Positions 48,996 to 58,699 of a DNA stretch of 64,000 bases are shown one piece after another. The notes beneath the pieces were generated by a model. That model made no database searches and had not been told where the DNA came from. It saw only the letters and a list, made by a program, of their open reading frames with translations. The DNA is taken from IMG/VR virus record IMGVR_UViG_3300025765_000001; one strand, given 5' to 3'. Numbering within the stretch: the stretch's first letter is position 1; every line of letters begins with the position of its first letter. This DNA is from a virus (lineage: Duplodnaviria; Heunggongvirae; Uroviricota; Caudoviricetes). The position numbers were made by a program, and so were the translations under genes.

Positions 48996-49379
48996 TTGGC
49001 TGCAACAACCAGTGATCCCCAACGTCTTGAAAACATGAAAAAAATCAGCGTCGAGGAAGCCCGGCGTCTAGTGGCTTCCAAAGAAGCGGGCTGGTGGTCG
49101 CCCGCCGCCAATCCTCCGATCCCGCATCAGAAGCAGTACGTCGTCACACTGGACAAGGACGTTCACTACTTGCTTCCTGCAACCGTGTTCAGTGTGAAAC
49201 CGGATTGCCCGGTCATGATGTCTATCGGTGGCCGTCAAGTGCCGAAAATGACGTGGATGGTCACAGCGGCAGGCGAAATTGCCGAGCTAGTGCAGAAGGC
49301 AGTCCAGACACTAGAGAGGCTGAAACTAGATGACGTGAGCCTACCTACTTTTTATGGCGGGAGTTTGCAGGGGCCTTAA
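48996..49379 (+). CDS. Hypothetical protein
   Basis: 127-aa ORF; start uncertain. Confidence 0.45.
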   Translation: MAATTSDPQRLENMKKISVEEARRLVASKEAGWWSPAANPPIPHQKQYVVTLDKDVHYLLPATVFSVKPDCPVMMSIGGRQVPKMTWMVTAAGEIAELVQKAVQTLERLKLDDVSLPTFYGGSLQGP

Positions 49380-49468
49380 AGAAATTTCGCTTTACAACCG
49401 ATTGTTAATGACTACAATGGCTCCCAAGCCAGTAGAACGAAACAACCGAAAAACGAAGCGAAACCGAA

Positions 49469-51121
49469 ATGTCAACCAAGCTCGCAAAGAATGCTTATCC
49501 TGCTGGGCACGGCCCTAATGACTTCCAGTGCCAAGGGCCGGTGGTCGAAAATGATACCAAGTTCTCAGGGTTCGGACTGGCCGACCTGGGATGCTTCTCG
49601 CAAGAGGATGTGGACAGCAACAAATATTACCACATCTCGAAGTGCAAATCCAAGAAAGACGGGAAGCTCTACGTCTACATCGAATTCGGTAGGGTCGGTG
49701 CCAGCAAGCCATCCTTCCAGTTCTTCGAGTGTCATTCCGAGTTCGATCAGGACGCCGCCTTCTGCGAACGTGGTAAGGAAAAGAACATTTCACGAGGCCA
49801 GTGGGGCACCGTTCACGGCATGAAGATGTTCGTGCCGAAGCCCGGCAAAGACCTGTACCGAGTCCAGAAGCTCGCCTCTCGTTCGTTCGGCCTGCCCGAC
49901 GCCAAGAACATCTGTGTCGCCGAAATTACCGCAGCCGGAAACGGCGGCAAGTCGGCTCTGCCGACGAAGACTGTCAAGAAGTCGCCCGCCCTCCGTTGCG
50001 ATACGCATTCTACCAGACTGATGCGTGATCTACTCGGCGGTGCAGTTACGTATACCCGCACAAGCATCGTCGGCGGCACCATTCCGACGCAATCCGCCAT
50101 CGACGCTGGCCGCAACCTGATTCAAGCCGCTCTCGGTCGCATCGCCCAGGTCGGCGATGACGTGCAGAAGCAGATCGCCGACAAGACGCTGCGGCAGATC
50201 ACCTACGATCTCTACAGCCGGGTTCCGAAGATTAAGCCCCTGCACTGTCCCGACGAGGACTGGATTCTCTCGAACTACACGAGCAACGCTCGTCGGCAGT
50301 CTACCATCGATACCTGGAATCAGGATTTGGATACGTTTGAGACGGCTACCAAGCAAAGTGCTGCCGAAGTCGAGACTTCCGGCGACGACCCGTTCGCCGC
50401 ATTCGATCCCTCGATCACGATGCGATGGATCGACTCCAAGAGCAACATCGGCCAGTATCTTTACAGGTGGTGGCCTGGGGCTTCGCTCAATCGCCACACC
50501 CATGTCGGGGCAATGGAGATTCTGAATATGTGGGAAGTCGTGCGTGGTAACGACATCCCTACATTCCAGAAGGAACAGAAGACCATTGACGACGAGATGG
50601 GCACGAAGAAGTGGAATAACGAGCGTCCGCTTCATCAGGATCGCAACCGGGTCGATCTGGATTCCGATACCCAGAAGCTATACTGGCGAACCAACACCGC
50701 CCTGTGCTTTCACGGCACAAGAACGGTCAATGTGCCCGGCATTGTCCGTGAGAACCTGCGTCTGCCCAACACCCTCGTGGGCGTGGTCATTACCGGGGCC
50801 ATGTTTGGTCCTGGTTTGTATTGGGCGGATGATTGGCGTAAAAGCGATGGCTATACGTCCAATCCCGGCTCCTATTGGAGCAGAGGTGCTGGTTCGGTCA
50901 AGGGTCGCCACGCCTTCATGTTCGCTGGCGATGTCATCATGGGCGTGCCGCACGTCGCTCCATCCTCGCATGGCTATACCAAGCCGCCAGCGGGCACGCA
51001 TTGCGTTTTCGGCAAGGCGGGGCACAGTGGCATTGCCAACAACGAGTGGATCGTCTTCCAGCGGGGCCGCAATATCCTCCGCTACCTAATCGAATACCGT
51101 ACTGGCCAAGGCCGGTACTAG
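49469..51121 (+). CDS. WGR-domain PARP-like ADP-ribosyltransferase
   Basis: YIEFGRVG (WGR-like), helical regulatory-like segment, catalytic HGT...MFGPGLYWA..KS.GY...NEWIV (H-Y-E). Confidence 0.85.
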   Translation: MSTKLAKNAYPAGHGPNDFQCQGPVVENDTKFSGFGLADLGCFSQEDVDSNKYYHISKCKSKKDGKLYVYIEFGRVGASKPSFQFFECHSEFDQDAAFCERGKEKNISRGQWGTVHGMKMFVPKPGKDLYRVQKLASRSFGLPDAKNICVAEITAAGNGGKSALPTKTVKKSPALRCDTHSTRLMRDLLGGAVTYTRTSIVGGTIPTQSAIDAGRNLIQAALGRIAQVGDDVQKQIADKTLRQITYDLYSRVPKIKPLHCPDEDWILSNYTSNARRQSTIDTWNQDLDTFETATKQSAAEVETSGDDPFAAFDPSITMRWIDSKSNIGQYLYRWWPGASLNRHTHVGAMEILNMWEVVRGNDIPTFQKEQKTIDDEMGTKKWNNERPLHQDRNRVDLDSDTQKLYWRTNTALCFHGTRTVNVPGIVRENLRLPNTLVGVVITGAMFGPGLYWADDWRKSDGYTSNPGSYWSRGAGSVKGRHAFMFAGDVIMGVPHVAPSSHGYTKPPAGTHCVFGKAGHSGIANNEWIVFQRGRNILRYLIEYRTGQGRY

Positions 51122-51197
51122 AGGAAACAGGACAGGCAACTAGGGGCCGCTTGGGAGTTCCAACCTAGTCGGCACAGCGACCCGTAAGCCGCCTGTA

Positions 51198-51224
51198 GCC
51201 CCGGCCCGCAAGGGCCGGGGCTTG
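51198..51224 (+). terminator. Terminator-like hairpin
   Basis: GCCCCGGCCC-GCAA-GGGCCGGGGC; weak T tail. Confidence 0.6.
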
Positions 51225-51240
51225 ATACAAAGAGGCAAGG

Positions 51241-51717
51241 ATGAAGGTTCTACATTCGGACGAACCAAATTTCGATGGCAGTGAGCCTGGAATCTTCTTG
51301 GCTGGTCCAATCCCCAGGAAGGTAGAAGTCCCATTTTGGCGTTCGCAAGCCGTCGAGCTACTCCGTGAACTAGGTTTCACAGGGGTTGTGCTGGTTCCTG
51401 AACGACGTGACTGGCAGAAACAGTTCACCTACGAGAATTAGGTGGAATGGGAGCGTGCTGGTCTCCAACTCGCAAGAGTAAATGTATTTTGGGTTCCCCG
51501 ATGTATGGAGACAATGCTGGCTCTTACCACGAATGTTGAGTTCGGATACTGGTTGGCGAAGTCACCTGAACGAGTCTTGTACGGCAGACCACCAGGGGCA
51601 CCGCATACCAAGTATCTCGATTGGTTGCTTCTATAGGAGCGGAGTGAATCACGCCCATATGATGATTTACGGTCACTCCTCCAAGCTGCCGTATATCTCG
51701 TTCAGGAGGGTTCATGA
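51241..51717 (+). CDS. Nucleoside 2-deoxyribosyltransferase-like protein interrupted by two in-frame TAG codons (51439, 51634)
   Basis: IFLAGP.PR...WR...FVPE, *VEWE, FWVPR, TTNVEFG, YGRP; frame ends in a TGA overlapping the next ATG. Confidence 0.75.
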
Positions 51718-52313
51718 AACGGTGGATTACCGCTGATTGGCATCTCGGCGAGGACCGCATGGCGATCTTGCAGCGGCCTTTCAAAGACCAACGTGATATG
51801 ATCGAGGCGTTGGTCGCTCGTCACAATGCACTTGTTGCCCCCGAAGACCTTGTGTACATGGTGGGCGACGTGTGCTATCAAAAAACACCGGAGTTTCTGC
51901 CGGAAGTGGGGCGTTTTAACGGCAAGAAAATCCTCTTTCGTGGAAACCATGATCGGGTGTTTACCGACGATCAGTTGCGAAAGTATTTCGCTCAGGTTGT
52001 TCCCGAAGGCACAGGGATGGAGTTGAAAGTAGGAGACATCAAGTGCTATGTCACACACTATCCTACTCGTTCCGTCTCAGATCGGTTCAACCTCGTTGGG
52101 CATATTCATGGTGGATGGAAATATCAATTGAATATGTTGAACGTCGGCGTGGATTGCAACCATTTCATCCCGCATAATCTCGATGAGGCCGTGCCCTTTT
52201 ACCTAAAGGCCATCACCGAATTCTACGATGATGATATGTGGGTTGCTTACCACCCAGCCAACCACAGTTACATCGGCAAACGTGGCAAAAAAGGTGTCTA
52301 CTTCAACGGGTAG
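51714..52313 (+). CDS. Calcineurin-like phosphoesterase
   Basis: ADWHLG, VGDV, GNHD, THYP, GHIH, NVGVD. Confidence 0.85.
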   Translation: MKRWITADWHLGEDRMAILQRPFKDQRDMIEALVARHNALVAPEDLVYMVGDVCYQKTPEFLPEVGRFNGKKILFRGNHDRVFTDDQLRKYFAQVVPEGTGMELKVGDIKCYVTHYPTRSVSDRFNLVGHIHGGWKYQLNMLNVGVDCNHFIPHNLDEAVPFYLKAITEFYDDDMWVAYHPANHSYIGKRGKKGVYFNG

Positions 52314-52389
52314 TCGCTTTACAACCAACTCCTCTACACTATAATGTGAGAGGCGATAACGAAAACAACCAAAAACAGGAGAAACAATC

Positions 52390-53121
52390 ATGTGCAGTAC
52401 CGCAGTTTCCGGTCTGATCTTCGACATTGTGACCGAACGTGTCAACGGCGGCGAGATGTTCACGGCCTACGACATCACGCTGGCCGTGCAGGACCGGCTC
52501 AAGAAGGACAATGCCTTCGACCCGACCCAGCATCGTCACCGGCATCTCCGCAATGACGTTCATCGGGAAATCAGCACTTATCTCACGTCCAATGTCTACA
52601 ACCGCACGCTTCAAGACGTGGGTGCTCCAACCCCGGCGTTCGTTTACCATCCGCCCGGCAGCGATCCCAGCACTTATACGCCGAGGCTCCAACACGATAC
52701 ACCGCAGCCCGCAACGCCTTCGCAGGTCGCTTACACGCCGCCAACGTCTCCGGTCGCCAGCCAGTTCAATTCGTTGTCCACCGACGACGAAGGCGATGCC
52801 CAGGACACGACGGGTCGAACACCGGACGCTCGTGGAACCCTTACCGTCCCGGTCCCTGTTCTGGCGGCAGCGGGTATCAATCCGCTCGAAACCGTGTATG
52901 CTTCACCAACGCAATACAACTCCAAGGACGCCGTTGCTCTCTCGAAACAGCCGTTCGTCGGTGCCACAGGCCCGGTCGATCCGGCTACGACGTACACCGT
53001 GGACAGCCACGGTAACGTGCGTATCACTCAGCACACGCTTCAGAAGTGCAACATCAACGGCGGCGGAAAAACTTACGATTTCCGTGCCGATGGCAGCGTG
53101 GTGTACATCACGCTTCATTGA
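52390..53121 (+). CDS. Hypothetical protein with possible AbrB-like C-terminal repeats
   Basis: Own promoter and RBS; DARGTL.VP and VD.HGNVRI repeats. Confidence 0.55.
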   Translation: MCSTAVSGLIFDIVTERVNGGEMFTAYDITLAVQDRLKKDNAFDPTQHRHRHLRNDVHREISTYLTSNVYNRTLQDVGAPTPAFVYHPPGSDPSTYTPRLQHDTPQPATPSQVAYTPPTSPVASQFNSLSTDDEGDAQDTTGRTPDARGTLTVPVPVLAAAGINPLETVYASPTQYNSKDAVALSKQPFVGATGPVDPATTYTVDSHGNVRITQHTLQKCNINGGGKTYDFRADGSVVYITLH

Positions 53122-53152
53122 CGAGAAACTGTAACAATTCCCCTGGCATCTT

Positions 53153-53488
53153 TTGATGCTTTCATGTATCTTAGAGGCTGGGGAAGTTCACTTATTTTCT
53201 CGTCATGAGGCAATCATGCTAGTAGCAACACTGAAGGATTACGTGGTGCGTCTTGGACTTAAAGAGGCTCCACACAATGTAAAGGCTCGTGATCCGCTTG
53301 GTGCAGCTATCTTGGTGCTTATGGACTTCAAGCACCTTGAATTGCCGAAACTGCTCAGGCAGTTTGGCACTGTTATGATTGTAACCAATGGAAATCCCGA
53401 CGCCGATCCGTTGTATTTCGATGTCGAGGAACTTTTCAACGAAGTCCGCCATAGCTCACTCAAGGTGAGGATCGATGATGAATCGTGA
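53153..53488 (+). CDS. Hypothetical protein
   Basis: 111-aa ORF overlapping the ARH start. Confidence 0.45.
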   Translation: MMLSCILEAGEVHLFSRHEAIMLVATLKDYVVRLGLKEAPHNVKARDPLGAAILVLMDFKHLELPKLLRQFGTVMIVTNGNPDADPLYFDVEELFNEVRHSSLKVRIDDES

Positions 53489-54461
53489 CAAGGTAACTGG
53501 TATGCTTTTGGGCGTCGGCATTGGTGATGCCCTGGGTATGCCAGTCGAGACGTTTTCCCATCAACGTGTCAAAGAAACGTATGGGAGATTGGAAAAGTAC
53601 CTTGTTCCCGATGGTCACAAGTGGTTCGACGGACACAAGGCCGGAACATGCACGGACGACACCCAGCTTTCGGCAGCGGTAGCAGAAGGACTGATCGCAT
53701 CGGGCGGCAAGCCCGACATGGATGCTCAAGTCACAGCACACGTCAAAGCATTTCGTGAGTCAACATCCGGCTGGGGTTCAACGACTCGTGAAGCTTTACG
53801 CCGCCTCGCTAACGGGGCGGCGTGGAATGTGGCTGGAACCAGAGAAGGCAAGATCACCGGACTCGGCAATGGTTGTTCGATGAAGATTGCTCCTGCATCT
53901 CTCCTACTGATGCAGAATATTCCTCACTCCTCTGATTTTCTCGCCAACCTATGTTCGATGACTCATCAGACTAGCGTTGCAGTTTCGTCTGGTCTAGCCC
54001 AGGCGTTTGCCTTGTCGTATTGCATGAAGTCTCAGCCAGCCGACTTCAACCCAGCCGACTTCGTTCAGTTTGCTCTCTATGGGAGCCGCAAAGGTAAGAG
54101 TTACTACCTAGAAACGCTCAACGAGGACGACCTGACTACTAGGTTGGCCCTCTGCGATCAGTACAAAGACTACACGCCCGAACGCTGCGTAGCTGAGTTC
54201 CAAAATGGCCGCTGCTACGTCTATTGCAGCCTGCCGTTCAGCTACATGTTCTTCCTTCGCAATCCGACATCAGTTGACTCGCTATACGATGTCGTTTCCG
54301 CTGGCGGCGATGCTGATACCAACGGCTCAATGGTTGGGGCACTTCTCGGAGCCTTGAACGGCGTCAGCGTCTTCCCTGAGCATTTGGTCGAGCAGCTATC
54401 CGCCAAGGACCAGCTTGTGGACCTTGCCAACCGCCTTTGCAACGTTTTCAAAATTCTGTAA
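53475..54461 (+). CDS. ADP-ribosylglycohydrolase (DraG/ARH family)
   Basis: GDALGMPVE, TDDT, GNG..M..AP, GGDADT..GAL.GA. Confidence 0.9.
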   Translation: MMNRDKVTGMLLGVGIGDALGMPVETFSHQRVKETYGRLEKYLVPDGHKWFDGHKAGTCTDDTQLSAAVAEGLIASGGKPDMDAQVTAHVKAFRESTSGWGSTTREALRRLANGAAWNVAGTREGKITGLGNGCSMKIAPASLLLMQNIPHSSDFLANLCSMTHQTSVAVSSGLAQAFALSYCMKSQPADFNPADFVQFALYGSRKGKSYYLETLNEDDLTTRLALCDQYKDYTPERCVAEFQNGRCYVYCSLPFSYMFFLRNPTSVDSLYDVVSAGGDADTNGSMVGALLGALNGVSVFPEHLVEQLSAKDQLVDLANRLCNVFKIL

Positions 54462-54607
54462 ACGCCGCTTTACATTGGCAACTTCTGGACTACAATGACC
54501 CCTATTGACAGACGCCTTGCCTCGCATCTGGTGATGCGACATTGCGGGCGTCAGCACCCTAATCCGCCTCGTGTTTAGGACACGACCCTGCGGTAAAGGA
54601 GGTCAGT

Positions 54608-55552
54608 ATGGCTGGTACGAAGAAAAAGACGAAGAAGGACACCGGGACGCAACAGAAGGTCAACATCCCTTCCGCCGTCCGAGACGGGCAGCCCGCCGCC
54701 CCCGCTCCAAGCGTCGATGACGAACTGAATACCCTTCTGGGTCAGGCCACAACGCCCACCAAGGCAGGCAAGAAGAGCAAGCGGCCCGAAATGGAACTGG
54801 ACGCCGAGGCTCAGGCCGTCGTGCGTCGGTATGCTCCCGCCAAGAAGCTCTTCGATCACTTCAAGACCCACCACGACAACACCAGGGGCGAGTTGATCGG
54901 CGTCCTCAACGAAGAGTGGGCCGGAATGCTCTGGCAGCACAAGACGCAGCCCGGCAACCCTAGCCTTGCCGTGAGTCGTGAGGACAGCGGCAAACCCGAC
55001 ATTACCGGCCTGTTCGTCAAGACGGCCAAGTTCAGCGTCGATATTCCCGACGAGAAGAACCCGGCCAACAGCGTCGTCGCTCAACTGGTCAATCTGGGCT
55101 TGGAGCAAGCCGACGCCGAGAAGCTGGTCAAGGAAGAACTCGACTTCTGCCCACAGAACGATCTCAAGTTCAGCCAGCTTCAGTCCGGCTACAAAACGGA
55201 CGACGGCTGGGTGCCCGCCACGGACGCCTCGAAGTCGGCGGCTCTTAAGATCATCAAGTACGCCCTCCAGTCGTCGGACCTGACCGAAGACGAGCGGACT
55301 GCCGTTCGCAAAGCACTGGTGCAGAAGCCGAGCGTCCGAGTCAAAGACGGCTTCCTCCAGCGTGTGTGCCAATACGCCCACAGCCTCGATCAACTCAAGG
55401 CAGTCCTGCTGGTGGTTAAGCCACAGGAACAGCTACGGTCGATCAAGTTTGGCGTGAGCGACTCGCTGGATGAGAAGACCGCCCGCCTGATCCAGTATGC
55501 CTCCAACGTCCTGGGCACCGAATTGGGCCTGGATGAAAAGGACGAGGACTAG
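54608..55552 (+). CDS. Hypothetical protein
   Basis: 314-aa ORF, AGGAGG RBS, strongly biased codon usage. Confidence 0.7.
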   Translation: MAGTKKKTKKDTGTQQKVNIPSAVRDGQPAAPAPSVDDELNTLLGQATTPTKAGKKSKRPEMELDAEAQAVVRRYAPAKKLFDHFKTHHDNTRGELIGVLNEEWAGMLWQHKTQPGNPSLAVSREDSGKPDITGLFVKTAKFSVDIPDEKNPANSVVAQLVNLGLEQADAEKLVKEELDFCPQNDLKFSQLQSGYKTDDGWVPATDASKSAALKIIKYALQSSDLTEDERTAVRKALVQKPSVRVKDGFLQRVCQYAHSLDQLKAVLLVVKPQEQLRSIKFGVSDSLDEKTARLIQYASNVLGTELGLDEKDED

Positions 55553-55616
55553 GGAGGGACATTGCCCCAGCCGGGCCAGGACAGCCCGGCTGGGGCTTAG
55601 CCATTGGGAGAGCCAA

Positions 55617-56012
55617 GTGGCTACCACTACGCAGAACAAGGTGGTGCAAGTCCTGATCGTAGACGACAACAAAGACGCAGCCGACTTTCTGGGCCTTGTC
55701 ATTAAGGTTTACGGGCACGAGGTTGATGTCGTTTACTGTGGTAGCGATGTAGAAGATGCCATCGAGAGGATTGACCCCGATCTGGTTTTTCTCGATATTG
55801 CTATGCCAGAGATGAACGGCTTCCAAGTCGCTGAGAGGTTGAAGGATCATCTTCGACGGCGGAAGTTTATTTTAGTCGCCTATACAGCGTATGACAGGAA
55901 GCTAGACCATAAAATCTCCAATCTCACCGGCTTCGATTTTCACATTTGCAAACCCATCGAGACCGATGAACTGAATGCCCTGATCCGCATGGCACAACGG
56001 GGAGGGTTGTAA
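55617..56012 (+). CDS. Single-domain response regulator receiver
   Basis: VLIVDD, PDLVFLDIAMP.MNG, ICKP. Confidence 0.9.
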   Translation: MATTTQNKVVQVLIVDDNKDAADFLGLVIKVYGHEVDVVYCGSDVEDAIERIDPDLVFLDIAMPEMNGFQVAERLKDHLRRRKFILVAYTAYDRKLDHKISNLTGFDFHICKPIETDELNALIRMAQRGGL

Positions 56013-56357
56013 GATGGAAGACCCCTCTAACATCGGCTTTCGTTGCCCAAAACAAAGGCCCGATCTTGCAGTATTTCAAGAAACCCAAAAAGTGGTTTCT
56101 TGGCAAATACTGCAAACTGTTGTTCCCATGCCCAAAAACCCACGAAAAGTGAACGAAACAATGTGGATTGTGATTACTAGCTTTGCCGAGTCCAAGCAAG
56201 AGGAACTTCGTGGTACTCTGCAAAACGATCCAGTTTTTGATATTTGCAATTGCGGTGACAAGGTAGAGTTCAGCCGCAATGAGATATTAGAAGTCCTCGC
56301 AGAACCGTAGCGGCCTTGTGGTCCGTCAAGGTCTGCATTCCTCCAAGGAGACTCGCC

Positions 56358-56678
56358 ATGTCAGTCGAATTGCTAGAACAAGATGTTAGCCAGTCGTTTC
56401 GTGAAGCAACGCCCTTGCTGGAGCGGCTGGATGAACTGCTTTCGCCGATGAGTCTTCAGGTGTGCATCGTCCCGAAGGCACGCAAGGTCAGCAAGCTCAG
56501 GATCGCCGCCAGTCCTTCCGACAACGGCACCGAGGTCGAAACACGCACTGGTCCCGGTGGGAAGAAGGAACATCATCAGGTGCGATACTGGAGAAGGATC
56601 AAGAAGATTGCAACCGAAGAGAACGTGTCAATGGAAGAGGCACGCAAGATTTACAAGCAGCGTAAGGATGCGGCTTAG
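56358..56678 (+). CDS. Hypothetical protein
   Basis: AGGAG RBS; terminator at 56688-56720. Confidence 0.6.
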   Translation: MSVELLEQDVSQSFREATPLLERLDELLSPMSLQVCIVPKARKVSKLRIAASPSDNGTEVETRTGPGGKKEHHQVRYWRRIKKIATEENVSMEEARKIYKQRKDAA

Positions 56679-56804
56679 TTCGGTGGGGAGACGCCCGGCA
56701 GAGCCGGGCGTCTCCGTTTTTAGTCAATAGCAAATCTGCATCTATACAAAAACGTGTTTTTTGCTATGCTCGTTTTCCTGGTGCCCGTCCAGGGAGACCA
56801 CGGC

Positions 56805-57239
56805 ATGGAGAAAACACGGCATGAGTTCATTTTCACAAGGCACATGAGGGAGAGGTTTCTGGAAAGGACAGACAAAAAGTACATTCGCCTTTCTAGGTGC
56901 AGTTGTCGCTGGCAAGAAGAGCCGTGCGAAGAATGCAAAAACCTCAGAATCAAGCTCAAGGAGGAGCTAAGAGCAAATGGGTCTGGTATAGATCGGGAGA
57001 TCAAGCGAAGACTGGAACTCACCGAAGAAAACCGCTCCTACATAAACAACACTGAGTTTATGGCCCGCTACTACGAGAAGTATGGCTATGACAAAAACTT
57101 TCAATTTCTCGTTCACGATGATATCCTGTTCGTTGTTGTGTTCGAGGAACGTGGTAAAGTAATTGTCACATGCCTGCACTCACGCTACCATGTAGCTGGT
57201 AGACTCATTGCAAGGCCCAAGTTTAGGAAGCGTGTATGA
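56805..57239 (+). CDS. Hypothetical protein
   Basis: FTRHMRERF motif; GGAG RBS. Confidence 0.55.
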   Translation: MEKTRHEFIFTRHMRERFLERTDKKYIRLSRCSCRWQEEPCEECKNLRIKLKEELRANGSGIDREIKRRLELTEENRSYINNTEFMARYYEKYGYDKNFQFLVHDDILFVVVFEERGKVIVTCLHSRYHVAGRLIARPKFRKRV

Positions 57240-57427
57240 AGGTCTTGACTTTTTCTCACGCTTACGCATCACTGTGGGTAAGGCGGACGACGGCAAACTA
57301 GATGCCGCTGTCACGCTCACCAAGGAGTTTGAGGACACCGATCCCGGCTCGGTCTTCGCCGCCTTGGAAAAATTCACGCTTGCGTCCAAGTGAGGCGAGG
57401 ATGAGCGAGGATGAGCGACGATAAGCG

Positions 57428-57579
57428 ATGGCAGGAATTCTACTGTAACGATCGATGAGGGCCTTGTGCCCTACCATGTCGATTCGCAGGGTCGCAAGAC
57501 GCCGGAAGTGATAGAGGAGTTCGACCCCACCGCCGAAGAAATCATCTTTTCGCCAATCTACGCACTTGCTGGAGGCTAA
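57428..57579 (+). CDS. Very small acidic protein ending in Gly-Gly (frameshift or GTG start)
   Basis: ...EVIEEFDPTAEEIIFSPIYALAGG*. Confidence 0.5.
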
Positions 57580-57582
57580 GGT

Positions 57583-58352
57583 ATGCAGTTACTAGAGACC
57601 ACCATGATTGCGGCACAACTGGCGGCATCGAGTTCGGCGGCAAGTTTGGGATGTACAACGTCCTCTACAAGACACAACGGGACAGTACCTCCCCGGCTGT
57701 GGCATTGGATGTGCCCTACATGGATGCCGAGAGTGCGACCTATATTACCCAGGATGTTGCCAATCGCATACTCCGCAAGAAGCTGGAGATGATTACGGGA
57801 TGGGATAACGATGGCTGGTGTTGCTGGGAGGCCAGAGACACTATCTGTCATACCATAACCAACGGTATGTGGGAATGGCTGGCCTGTGAGAATGCCACTG
57901 CCCCGATGATTATCACTGGCCGCAATTGTATCTCGCCTACGGATCGCAAAATTATTTCGCCCACGACCGATATTCGTGAGCAGCGAGCCAGGGAGACGCT
58001 GCTGTTGATCATCGGACTCGACAAGTTCCGGTCTTTCCTGCGGAATGGATTTGTTACAGCACAAAACCGCCGCTCAGGACGTGTGTACCAGATTTTCTCA
58101 GAACATGGGATTACATGCGTCTACGAAAACGGCAGGATGATTGAGCGACTTTGTGTGGTGCTGAAGGGAGACTTCCCGTCAACCGATGGCGTAATCGTTC
58201 GCTATCTGATGGCACTCAACAACGAGGATCAGTTGTGGAGCTTGTCCATCAAGCATGGTGTTCGGACCCACCAGTCTGCGGACATCAGAATCGCAAACTA
58301 CCGACCACTACAAGAAATCTACGCCGAATTGCAAGGACGCAAGGTAGCGTAG
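57583..58352 (+). CDS. Hypothetical protein (5' end frameshifted; intact ORF 57651-58352)
   Basis: RARETLL...GFV...SGRVYQI...LC...P.TD..I.R pattern. Confidence 0.6.
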
Positions 58353-58699
58353 ACATATCACTCCTCTGCTAGTCGAGTCGAACTAAGGCACACATACGAG
58401 AACGCCCGGCTTGAGCAAGCCGGGCGTTTTTCTTTTATATCGTTGATGGTGCCGGGGTCGTTACCCTGCCAATCCAGGCTTGCCACGGATCGGGCGGCAC
58501 GACATGGATGACGTATTTGGGTTCTAGCGGCGGGCCTTTGTGTAGCGATCTTACAACTCACAGTAACCACGCCGTTCTTCAAGCCCACCACGCTAATATC
58601 GTCTGTGGATACGGTGGAAATGAGACTTGCCACGGAACTGTCGGAAACGGTCCATACAGGCGTGCTCTCCGTAGGCTCATGTAATATATATGAATCTAG

